From: Candidatus Micrarchaeia archaeon
Lineage (GTDB): Archaea > Micrarchaeota > Micrarchaeia > Micrarchaeales > CABMGC01
DNA: 27,453 bases
Assembly (NCBI GenBank): GCA_049976845.1
Contig: JBMFHL010000009.1
Span: forward strand, 1-27,453
Direction: 5' to 3'
The notes under the pieces were generated by a model. That model was not told where the DNA came from, did no database searches, and saw only the letters and a program-made list of their open reading frames with translations. Both the position numbers and the translations under genes were made by a program. This document shows positions 1 through 8,808 of this stretch, one piece after another. The stretch's first letter is position 1. Each line of letters starts with the position of its first letter.

Positions 1-1117
1 GCGAGGTCATTCCTACAATCAGGCCAGAATCTATGGCTTTTTTTACGCTCCCTAGCCATGAGAGATTTTTATTTGATGTTGATACAGGAGTATGCCCAAG
101 GCCTGTGCCTTCAAGGATTATGCCTTTGTAGCCTTTTGACATATAATAGTCTATAATGCCTGGATCTGAATTTGGATATGTTTTTATAAGCGCAACCTTT
201 GGCTCAAATCCCGAAATCACCTCAACCTTTTTTTGCTCTGGGTCTTTACTTGCTTTTTTATAATCGCTTTCGTATTCTATGCTGCCGCTTGAATCGACCC
301 TTGCGATGGGCCTGTTGTTTATTGGCTTAAATGCATCCCTTCTTGACGTGTGCATCTTCCGCGCTTTTGTGCCGCGGATTGCGCTGCAATATGTATCAGA
401 GGGGCTTTCGTGCATGCATATTGCAACCTCTGCCATGTCGCTCTTAGCAGCCAAATGGGCAGAGCAGATTAGATTTAGAAATGCATCGCTTGAGCCCCTA
501 TCGCTGCTCCTTTGAGACCCTGTTATTATTACGGGGGCATTAAGGTTTTTTAGCATGAAACTGAGTGCTGCCGATGAATAGTGCATTGTGTCTGTTCCAT
601 GGGTTATAACAACGCCACGTGAGCCACTGTTAAGCGTGTCTGCAACTGCTTTTGCTATCTTCTGCCATTCCACGTAGGTCATGTCTTCGCTTGCTATGCT
701 CATAAGATTATCTACCTCTATGTTGGCTATGCCTGCAAGCTCAGGCACCTCTGACAGCAGCTCTTCTGGCTTAGTGAGCATGAATACACCGCCTGTTAGG
801 TAGTCTATCTTGCTCCCTATTGTCCCTCCAGTGTATATGAGCCCTATCTTCGGCAAATCCTTTGATGCTTTTACTCGTACCTTTTGCTTCTCCTGCTTTG
901 GTACCCCACTAATTTTTTCTATATCGAAGCCTTCCCCAAACTTCATGCCTATGTTATAGCCATTATCTAGTTTTATAACTAGGATTGAGTTGTCTCCTAT
1001 TTCAGGCCTAGGCATAAGCCTTCCTGTAAATTCACTTCTGTTAGAATTTACCTTTACTTTGTCACCTATAGAGATACTTTTCTTTGCTAGCAGCTCTTCA
1101 ATCTCTTTTGAGTACAT
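1..1117 (-). CDS. gatD: Glutamyl-tRNA(Gln) amidotransferase subunit D (3' end runs off the window)
   Basis: Not in the ORF track. Manual translation from ATG at 1117 gives MYSKEIEELLAKK..., with the GatD N-terminal motif IKLDNGYNIG and asparaginase-like motifs YTGGTIGSKIDY, HGTDTM, GSQRSSDRGSSD, RKMHTSRRDAF and EGTGLGH. Confidence 0.95.
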   Translation of the reverse strand, partial: MYSKEIEELLAKKSISIGDKVKVNSNRSEFTGRLMPRPEIGDNSILVIKLDNGYNIGMKFGEGFDIEKISGVPKQEKQKVRVKASKDLPKIGLIYTGGTIGSKIDYLTGGVFMLTKPEELLSEVPELAGIANIEVDNLMSIASEDMTYVEWQKIAKAVADTLNSGSRGVVITHGTDTMHYSSAALSFMLKNLNAPVIITGSQRSSDRGSSDAFLNLICSAHLAAKSDMAEVAICMHESPSDTYCSAIRGTKARKMHTSRRDAFKPINNRPIARVDSSGSIEYESDYKKASKDPEQKKVEVISGFEPKVALIKTYPNSDPGIIDYYMSKGYKGIILEGTGLGHTPVSTSNKNLSWLGSVKKAIDSGLIVGMTS

Positions 1118-1184
1118 AGATAAAAATAGCACGTAGACATTTAAATTACTTTATTTTTTGGCACAAAAAAGCCAAATTCTTAAT

Positions 1185-2471
1185 TCATTGAGGCTCGCCG
1201 ATAAGGCATGCAGAGGAAGTGCCTACTATTTTCACATTTACAAATTTGCCGAGCTCAAGATTATCTCCTAATATTGCAATCTCGTTATACGCTTCGTCCC
1301 TGCCTGTAAAAGACCTGCTGTTTTTTTCTGTTACAATTACTTCTTTCTGTTCCCCTATAAATTTCTTTCTTCCTGTCTGCTGGAGAGCCCTTGCAATTCT
1401 CGACACCCTTATGCTTCTTTCTTTTATAACGTTGTTTGGCAGCTGTACAAGCTTTGATGCTATTGCGTGAGGCCTTGCCCCGAACTTAGAGATGTTTGTT
1501 ACTTCCGGTTTTACTTCGTAAAGGAGCATTATTGTGTCTTCGAAATCGGCGGCAGTTTCTGTAGGATAGCCCACTATTATGTCGGTGGCTATGCTTGCAC
1601 CTATTCTATTTCTTGCCTCATTTGCATATCCCTTGAATTCTTCAATGGTATAGCGCCGCTGCATCTCTGATAATACTTTGTTGCTGCCAGATTGTACAGG
1701 TAGATGCAGGAACTTGTACACCTTTTTGCTTTTGCACGCCTCAATCAGGTCGTCAAAATATCTATGGAGATGCTCTGGATTTAACATACCGATCCTTATT
1801 CTGAAATCGCCATCTATTTCGCTTACCCTGCTTACAAGCTCAGCTATGTTTGTTTTTCTGTCTATCCCGTAAGCGCCAGTATCTTGCGAAGTGAGCTCTA
1901 TTTCTTTGGCGCCGTGCTTTACAGCATTTTCAACTGCTCTTTCTATGACCTCTTCTGAGAAGCTGTTAAGAGGACCCCGCGCATATTTTGTCTCGCAGAA
2001 GGTACAGTTGCTCAGGCACCCTTCGCTTATAGGTATCTTCGCTATTACCGAATTGTTGTCTATACCATATGCAAGCTTGTCTATTTTTGAATACTTGTTA
2101 AGCAGCACATTATTTCTAGATGCCGCTGCCTCCACTACTTCTGCTATCCTGTGCACATTGCTTGTTGACACGATGCTTGCTTCAGGCACTGCTTTCAATA
2201 CCTTTTCCGGGCTTGCAGAAGCGAGGCAGCCTGCTACTATTAGACGGCTTCCAAGAGGCTTGAGCTTTGCAAGTTCATATAAAATTTTCTGTTCGGTAGG
2301 ATTTTTTACGGTGCATGTATTCACTATGAAATACCCTTCGTCGGATGCATTGCTTGGATCTATCTTGCCATATTCTACCTCCAAGCCTTTTCCCTTGAGA
2401 ATCGCACCCATTATCCTGCTGTCTGCCTGATTCAATGTGCAGCCATATGTTTCTATTGTGACTTTGGCCAT
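1185..2471 (-). CDS. mtaB: tRNA methylthiotransferase, MiaB-like radical SAM (archaeal MtaB/CDKAL1 type, t6A37 methylthiolation)
   Basis: UPF0004 cysteines (TYGCTLN, NTCTVK, AGCL), radical SAM motif CLSNCTFC, SQDTGAYG, HLPVQSGS, TDIIVGYPTET and a C-terminal TRAM-like domain. Confidence 0.9.
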   Translation of the reverse strand: MAKVTIETYGCTLNQADSRIMGAILKGKGLEVEYGKIDPSNASDEGYFIVNTCTVKNPTEQKILYELAKLKPLGSRLIVAGCLASASPEKVLKAVPEASIVSTSNVHRIAEVVEAAASRNNVLLNKYSKIDKLAYGIDNNSVIAKIPISEGCLSNCTFCETKYARGPLNSFSEEVIERAVENAVKHGAKEIELTSQDTGAYGIDRKTNIAELVSRVSEIDGDFRIRIGMLNPEHLHRYFDDLIEACKSKKVYKFLHLPVQSGSNKVLSEMQRRYTIEEFKGYANEARNRIGASIATDIIVGYPTETAADFEDTIMLLYEVKPEVTNISKFGARPHAIASKLVQLPNNVIKERSIRVSRIARALQQTGRKKFIGEQKEVIVTEKNSRSFTGRDEAYNEIAILGDNLELGKFVNVKIVGTSSACLIGEPQ

Positions 2472-2538
2472 TCTATCAACTTTTTATATCTTACCCTATA
2501 TAAACTCTTATATCAAGTTTCTATAGTTTGATGATTTT

Positions 2539-2733
2539 ATGATATGCGAGAGATGCCATGCGGAAATATACAAATACAGCACATGCAGGTACTGCCACAG
2601 GAAGATATGTAATAACTGTGTCAAGAGCTCAAAGAGGGTTAGCAAGACGCTTAGGATTGTGATATGCAAGGACTGCTGGACCAATACGGCACACAGGAAG
2701 GCGTACAAAAGCGCCACTGTAGAAGATGCTTAG
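2539..2733 (+). CDS. Small cysteine-rich zinc-finger protein, unknown function
   Basis: 64 aa with four CxxC pairs (CERC, CRYC, CNNC, CKDC); basic; fills the gap between mtaB and ileS; its stop overlaps the ileS stop. Confidence 0.75.
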   Translation: MICERCHAEIYKYSTCRYCHRKICNNCVKSSKRVSKTLRIVICKDCWTNTAHRKAYKSATVEDA

Positions 2734-5700
2734 ACTTTCTTTATTGCTATATTTATTTTCTCGTTTTCTATTTCGAATTCCTTAGCTTCATTGCCATCTA
2801 TTGAATCCACTACCTTTACTGCATTGACCTCCCTTGCAAGGTCCTTGCCCTTGCTTTTCATTATGGCTGCAAGCTCCCCTGTAGCATTGTAGAAGAGTTC
2901 TATTTTATCGACCTTCTTCAGCCCAAGCTCTTTCCTCATCAGCTGTATGCGCCTTGCCAATTCCCTGAATAAAGCTTCGCTCAATAGTTCCTTACTTATC
3001 TCTTTCTCGACAGTTGCCAAACCATGGCTGAATTTCACTGCATCGCCAGGCTCTTGCATTTCTATTATTGCAAAATGGCGGGGGAATATGCTGAGTAAGC
3101 CTTTTGAAGTATGAAGCGGGTAGCTTCCTTCCTCTGCTATGCGCTCCTCAAGTTCTTTGGGATTTGCATTTTTCAACGCTTCTGCAACTGCACCTGCATT
3201 CTCTTTAAAGTCAGGCCCTATGTTCTGGAACATTGGTTTTATAATCTTGCTTATGCCAGTAACCCTCTTCAGCTCTATGCCCTTTATGTTTGTATATTCC
3301 TCTATTAGGCCAGAAAGCTTTTCTATTGCAGTATACGCCTCTTCGTCTGTTACTTCTATAATTGCCTTGCTAAGTGGCCACCTTAGCTTGACTTTTGCCT
3401 TCTCTCTGCTGCTGAGTATTGCTGTTATTGCTTCTACTGCAATGCTGAAGTCTTTTTCCAATTGCTCGTTTACAAGCCTGCTTTTGTACTTTGGCCATTC
3501 GTCTAGGAATATGCTTTCCTTGTATGCAAAATTTTCCAGGTAAATCTTTTCCGAAGCGAAAGGCGCAATTGGCGATATTAATATAATCAGATTGTAAAAT
3601 ACGTATCTCATTGTGGCTATTGTGGCATTTGCTGTTGATTTGCTCCCATATAATATATTTTTCTTTGCTATTTTTATATAGAACCTGCTGAAGTCATTAG
3701 CTGCAAAATCCCTAAGTGCATTTGTAGCTAGCTGCACCTCGAACCTGTCTAACGAGTCATTCACGGTCTTTATTACAGTATGCAGTCTTGAAATTATCCA
3801 TTCATTTGCCCCGTCAATCTTGCTTGGAATCTTTGCGCTTTCATTTTTATATCCTATTGCATCAGAGTACTCGTTTATTAGGTTGGCTATATTGTACAAT
3901 ATGTTAAGAAGCTTGTCTGCGTCGCTTATCTCGGCCCTGTTGAAAGGTAAGTCGAGCCACTGCGTATGGCTTGAACACCACAGCCTATAAGCATCTGCCG
4001 TTGTAAACTTAAGAAGTTCGCTTAATGATATGTAATTGCCAAGGTGCTTATGCATCTCTCTCCCATCTTCAGCAAGGAGCATACCATCTACAACTACCTC
4101 TTTATACGGCGACTTGCCGTAGAGCATGACGCTGCTTTTGAGCATGCTTGAGAACCATCCGCGAAGCTGGTCTATACCTTCTAGGATTAGATCGGCAGGG
4201 AACAATCTTTTGAACTCTTCTTCACTAAGGCTCGCTTCGAAAGACACGCTTGAATCAAACCAGACGTCAAAAACATCATTCACCCTGTGCATTTCGCCGG
4301 CACATTTGCTGCACTTCAACACAACATTATCTATGTACGGCCTATGTAAATCTTGCATAGACTCTACGTATTCTTTGTTTATTGCGTGCTCCTGCAGCTC
4401 TTTTTTAGATCCTATTATTCTTACCTCTTCGCATTTGCTGCACTTCCATATTGGCAACGGTATGCCCCAGTATCTCTGCCTTGATATGCACCAATCTGGC
4501 GAATTTGACAATACATTCTCATGCCACTGCGCTGCTTCTTTTGGATGCCACGAAACCTTGCTGTTGTTTTTAAGCAGCTTCTTTTTTACCTTCTTTATGT
4601 TAAGGAACCATTGATCTGTTGCGAGATAGATGAGCTTGCTATCACATCTCCAGCAATGAGGATAACTGTGGGTTAGCTTCCCTGAATCTAGCAGCGCGCC
4701 GCTCGCTCTCAGGTCTTCTATGATTTTTGCATTTGCTTCTATAGGCACAGCTAGATTTTCATATACACCAGCTTCTTCAGTATATTTAGCATGGCTGCTT
4801 ATAGGGGAGAATACAGGGAGGTTGTTTTTCTTGCCGAGCATATAGTCTTCTAGGCCATGCCCTGGAGCCACATGTACCAGGCCGCTGCCTTCTCCCATTG
4901 ATACCATGGATTCTGAAAAGATTACCTTGTGGTATCTCCTAAATGCCTTTTGCATTGGTACCTTGTCCTCTATTGGACTTGTGTAGAATATACCCTCAAG
5001 CTCACTGCCGTAGAATTCACTTTCTACCACTGCGCTTTCATTAAGAATGCTTACTATTGAATCTAGCCTCTGTTTTGCGAGTATTAGATGCTTGCCTCCG
5101 AATTTTGCCTTGACATACAGCTCTTTAGGATTAGCGGCAATAGCAATATTTGCAGGTATTGTCCAAGGTGTTGTAGTCCAAACAAGCAAATAAGTATTGT
5201 CGTCTATTTCTATCCTTGGCTTCGATTTTGGCAGATTTATTTTAAACGCTATCAATAAAGATGGGTCTTCCTCATCCTTGTATTCAACCTCCAGCGTGCC
5301 CTGTGCTAGTACTGTTTCGCAGCTTGGGCAGTATGTCAGCGGTTTTTTATCTGAGTAGAGAAGGCCTTTTTTCTCCATCCTTTGCAGCATCCCCCATGCT
5401 TTTTCTATATACTCGCTTTTGTATGGTATGTAAGCATCTTCAAAATTAAGGGAGATTCCAAACCTTTCATAATCGCGATTCATCTTTGATATTAACGAAT
5501 CGACATATTCCCTGCATGCCGTTATGAATTTTTCGACGCTGAGATTGCTCTCGAGCTCCCGCTTTGATTTTATGCTCATCGATTTCTCTACAGCATGCTC
5601 TGTTGGCAACCCGTGTACATCGTAGCCGGCTCTGTCGTGAACGTCGTAGCCTCTGAACCTTTTATACCTAAGTATTATGTCTTTCACTGCTTTGACCCAA

Positions 5701-5855
5701 ATCTGCCCTGGATGCAGCTCACCGCTCACGTATGGAGGCCCATCAAGAAAGTAGAATGGTTTGTTGCCTGAATTCTTTGCCCTAACTTTATCTAGTATGC
5801 TGTGCTCTTTCCAGTATTTAAGTATTTCCTCTTCGTCTTTCCTTGTTTCAGACAT
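2730..5855 (-). CDS. ileS: Isoleucine--tRNA ligase (archaeal/eukaryote type)
   Basis: 1041 aa; FLDGPPY, GYDVHGLP, editing-domain motifs WTTTPWT and GSGLVHVAPGHG, HSYPHCWRC, DWCISRQRYWG, DVWFDS, EGIDQLRGWF. Signature motifs are variant (HPGQ, EMHKH). Confidence 0.97.
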   Translation of the reverse strand: MSETRKDEEEILKYWKEHSILDKVRAKNSGNKPFYFLDGPPYVSGELHPGQIWVKAVKDIILRYKRFRGYDVHDRAGYDVHGLPTEHAVEKSMSIKSKRELESNLSVEKFITACREYVDSLISKMNRDYERFGISLNFEDAYIPYKSEYIEKAWGMLQRMEKKGLLYSDKKPLTYCPSCETVLAQGTLEVEYKDEEDPSLLIAFKINLPKSKPRIEIDDNTYLLVWTTTPWTIPANIAIAANPKELYVKAKFGGKHLILAKQRLDSIVSILNESAVVESEFYGSELEGIFYTSPIEDKVPMQKAFRRYHKVIFSESMVSMGEGSGLVHVAPGHGLEDYMLGKKNNLPVFSPISSHAKYTEEAGVYENLAVPIEANAKIIEDLRASGALLDSGKLTHSYPHCWRCDSKLIYLATDQWFLNIKKVKKKLLKNNSKVSWHPKEAAQWHENVLSNSPDWCISRQRYWGIPLPIWKCSKCEEVRIIGSKKELQEHAINKEYVESMQDLHRPYIDNVVLKCSKCAGEMHRVNDVFDVWFDSSVSFEASLSEEEFKRLFPADLILEGIDQLRGWFSSMLKSSVMLYGKSPYKEVVVDGMLLAEDGREMHKHLGNYISLSELLKFTTADAYRLWCSSHTQWLDLPFNRAEISDADKLLNILYNIANLINEYSDAIGYKNESAKIPSKIDGANEWIISRLHTVIKTVNDSLDRFEVQLATNALRDFAANDFSRFYIKIAKKNILYGSKSTANATIATMRYVFYNLIILISPIAPFASEKIYLENFAYKESIFLDEWPKYKSRLVNEQLEKDFSIAVEAITAILSSREKAKVKLRWPLSKAIIEVTDEEAYTAIEKLSGLIEEYTNIKGIELKRVTGISKIIKPMFQNIGPDFKENAGAVAEALKNANPKELEERIAEEGSYPLHTSKGLLSIFPRHFAIIEMQEPGDAVKFSHGLATVEKEISKELLSEALFRELARRIQLMRKELGLKKVDKIELFYNATGELAAIMKSKGKDLAREVNAVKVVDSIDGNEAKEFEIENEKINIAIKKV

Positions 5856-5991
5856 TAAAACACTTTAGATTAAGCCTTGGAATATCTATTACATTTGTTA
5901 GCCCTTCCTTTAGCTATTCCATTGAAATATGATTATACATTTAGGGTATTAAAACTTTGTGTGCAATATTTTATACATTTTGTGATATGCT

Positions 5992-6630
5992 ATGAGAAGT
6001 GCAGATGCGGCAACGCTCATTAGGACATTGATGGTATTCCTAGTAATTTACATGCTTTTCATTAAGATAAATCCAGCAATAATAATACTTACAATACTTG
6101 TTATGTATGTGCTTGACGGATTAGATGGATTCCTTGCTGTGAGGAGCGAGAGCAAAGGCAGAGTAAGCTTCATTAAGTATTTGAATGGCGCGCTTGGCAA
6201 CGCTAAAGCAAAAGAGGAGATAAGTGTATATAAGCATAGGCTAAGCTCATCTTCAAAATTTGGAGCCAGAATGGATATTGCAGGGGATAGGGTAATAGAA
6301 TATACTTTCTGGATAACGTTCACGTATCTTAGGCTTATACCCTTGTTTGTGCTCTTCATTGTAGTTTTCAGGCACTCCTTTGTAGATGCGTTTATGGCCT
6401 CAAGAGGGACCTCTTCGAAAGCAAAGACAAAGTTTGCGCGCGTTGTCTATTCTTCCAATATAGGCAGGGGAGGCATAAATGTGATTAAGTTCCTTGCATT
6501 TGCATATTTTGTATTGATATTTGTTTCAAACTATCCTCTCTGGATAGGCTATGTTTTAATTACAGTGCTCGTTGCATATATATTGCTCAGAGGCGCTGCA
6601 GAGGTATACGATGTTCTCAAAGAAAATTAA
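5992..6630 (+). CDS. CDP-alcohol phosphatidyltransferase family membrane protein
   Basis: Hydrophobic helices plus DGLDGFLA...SKFGARMDIAGDR, matching DxxDGxxA(R)...GxxxDxxxD with an unusually long spacer. Confidence 0.85.
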   Translation: MRSADAATLIRTLMVFLVIYMLFIKINPAIIILTILVMYVLDGLDGFLAVRSESKGRVSFIKYLNGALGNAKAKEEISVYKHRLSSSSKFGARMDIAGDRVIEYTFWITFTYLRLIPLFVLFIVVFRHSFVDAFMASRGTSSKAKTKFARVVYSSNIGRGGINVIKFLAFAYFVLIFVSNYPLWIGYVLITVLVAYILLRGAAEVYDVLKEN

Positions 6631-6686
6631 TAAAATATTTATATTAGTTAATTCACAATTTTAATGCTTAATTTATGTTGATTTTC

Positions 6687-7652
6687 ATGGGGGTTCTTGA
6701 CTTATCTTGGACAGAGAAATACAGGCCTGCGCAGCTGAGCGACGTAATAGGGCAGAAAGCGATAGTGGAAAGGCTCAAGGCTTTTGTGAAAAATGGCAAC
6801 TTTCCTAATATGATATTCGCAGGTCCTGCAGGCGTAGGCAAGACTACATGCGCCATAGCAATGGCAAAGGAGCTTTATGGGGATAAAATAAATGAGGCAT
6901 TTCTCGAGCTGAATGCGAGTGATACCAGGGGCATAGATGTTATAAGAGGCAAAGTGAAGGAATTTGCAAGGACAATGCCATTCGAGAAAGACATGGTCAA
7001 GATAGTTTTCCTAGACGAAGCTGATGCGCTCACGCCTGAAGCGCAGCATGCGCTGAGGAGGACCATGGAGAAGTATGCAGCTACTACGAGATTCGTGCTT
7101 AGCGCAAATTATGCAAGCAAGATAATAGAGCCAATACAGAGCAGGTGCGTTGTGTTGAGGTTTAGGCCTCTTGGCCAAGAAGACATGGAGAAGTATATAG
7201 AAAGATTGTCAAACGGTGAAGGCATAGAGGTTGATGAAAAGGCCAAGGAGGCGCTTATCTACGTGAGCGACGGCGACCTTAGGAAGCTTACCAATGTTAT
7301 GCAGAGCGCCAGCGCGCTGGAGAAGAAGGTTAATGAGAGAAATATATACGACATAGCGTCAAGGGCTAGACCTAAAGAAATAGTTTCAATGCTTAGGTAT
7401 GCACTTTCAGGCGATTTTGCCAAGGCGCGCGAAGAGCTTAATACGCTAGTTTTTGTTTACGGAATGAGTGGAGAGGACATTTTGCTGCAATGCTACAGAG
7501 AGGCATCAAACCTTGATGTAGAGGATAAACTCAAGCTCAAGCTCGTAAGCCTCATAGGCGAGTGCAACTTTAGGATTGTTGAAGGCGCAAATGATAGGAT
7601 ACAACTAGAAGCTATGCTTGCTGATATATCTCTTGCTGCTTCTGCGAAGTGA
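6687..7652 (+). CDS. rfcS: Replication factor C small subunit
   Basis: WTEKYRP, Walker A GPAGVGKT, ELNASD.RGIDVIR, Walker B LDEAD, AQHALRRTME and SRC motif. Start is ATG 6687 or ATG 6675. No intein. Confidence 0.96.
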   Translation: MGVLDLSWTEKYRPAQLSDVIGQKAIVERLKAFVKNGNFPNMIFAGPAGVGKTTCAIAMAKELYGDKINEAFLELNASDTRGIDVIRGKVKEFARTMPFEKDMVKIVFLDEADALTPEAQHALRRTMEKYAATTRFVLSANYASKIIEPIQSRCVVLRFRPLGQEDMEKYIERLSNGEGIEVDEKAKEALIYVSDGDLRKLTNVMQSASALEKKVNERNIYDIASRARPKEIVSMLRYALSGDFAKAREELNTLVFVYGMSGEDILLQCYREASNLDVEDKLKLKLVSLIGECNFRIVEGANDRIQLEAMLADISLAASAK

Positions 7653-7656
7653 TTAG

Positions 7657-8247
7657 GTGCAAAGTATAGGAATAGATTTAGATGACACAATTGCTGACAC
7701 AGTTAAGCCTTTCCTAGACATACTTAGAAACAGGTACGGCTTTGAAATGAGAAGGGAAGACTGGACTAGATACTTATTCAGTGAGAATCCAGGAGCTATA
7801 AAAGTAGATGTAATGGGGCTCTTCAAGGAGGTGTGGAATTCGCCTGATTCGATACCGCTTTTGGATTCCAATATACCTAGGATAATAAGCGACATCCACA
7901 ATAAATTTGAAATTTATATAGTTACTGCCACGCTTGGGGAGGACAAAACAGTGAGGATGTGGCTTGGAGAGCACAGTATAGAATTTGACAAAATAATTTA
8001 TGTGCGCAGCCCCATGCAGAAAGGCAACATCCACAATATTTCAATTTATATTGATGATTATTATGAAGCTGCCGTGAACATGGCAAAGAGAGGCAAGGAA
8101 GTAATAATTTTAAAGCAGCCTTGGAATGCGAAATTTTCTGCTTCTGATGATGAATTTAAGGATAGGATAACCTTTGCTGACAGCTGGGATGAGATCCGCA
8201 CCCTTCTTTTAAAAAATAGTTATAAAAAAGGTTTGCATAATTATTGA
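7657..8247 (+). CDS. HAD-superfamily hydrolase, 5'(3')-deoxyribonucleotidase (NT5C)-like
   Basis: Motif I IGIDLDDTI, motif II IVTA, motif IV YIDD, then PWN. GTG start 4 nt after the rfcS stop, preceded by GTGA. Confidence 0.8.
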   Translation: MQSIGIDLDDTIADTVKPFLDILRNRYGFEMRREDWTRYLFSENPGAIKVDVMGLFKEVWNSPDSIPLLDSNIPRIISDIHNKFEIYIVTATLGEDKTVRMWLGEHSIEFDKIIYVRSPMQKGNIHNISIYIDDYYEAAVNMAKRGKEVIILKQPWNAKFSASDDEFKDRITFADSWDEIRTLLLKNSYKKGLHNY

Positions 8248-8807
8248 TTTCTTGCAAATACGAGATAGCCTGTATGCCAAATGCCTTTTGTTGTGGGCCT
8301 TGTACCCTCTTCTCTTACAAGGAAATCCCTTACTATTGCCTCGACAACATGCACGTCAAAAAATTTCAGTGCATTGAGTTTCTTTACAAATTTGCTTACC
8401 TGCTCAGTGTGAGGCATATATGCTGCAACATAGCCTCCTTGCTTCAAGGCCTTTTTGACATTACGAAGCGCCCGCTCTGCATTTGGAAGATCTAATGTAA
8501 ATATATCTGCACCTTTGTCTGAAATTTTCTTAAAAACATCGAGGTTCCTGAAAGTAATGTTCTCTAATCCAAGCGCCTTCGCATTCTGCTCTGCTATGCT
8601 TATGAACTCCGGCCTTATGTCGTATGAATACACGTGCTTGCAGACCCTTGCGAGTGTTATGGAGAGCCATCCGCTGCCTGTGCCCGCATCAATGCATATA
8701 CTGTCTTTGCTCGCACACGTATACGCCAATATTATGCCTATATCTTTAGGCAAAATTACTTGCGGGCCCCTTTTCATTTTTCTATAAATACTAGGGTATA
8801 TGAACAT
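8241..8807 (-). CDS. trmI: tRNA (adenine-N1)-methyltransferase TrmI/GCD14 family, catalytic domain only
   Basis: KRGPQVILPKD, SAM motif DAGTGSG, LDLP and C-terminal HTGYLVFAR. Confidence 0.88.
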   Translation of the reverse strand: MFIYPSIYRKMKRGPQVILPKDIGIILAYTCASKDSICIDAGTGSGWLSITLARVCKHVYSYDIRPEFISIAEQNAKALGLENITFRNLDVFKKISDKGADIFTLDLPNAERALRNVKKALKQGGYVAAYMPHTEQVSKFVKKLNALKFFDVHVVEAIVRDFLVREEGTRPTTKGIWHTGYLVFARNQ

Positions 8808-8808
8808 G

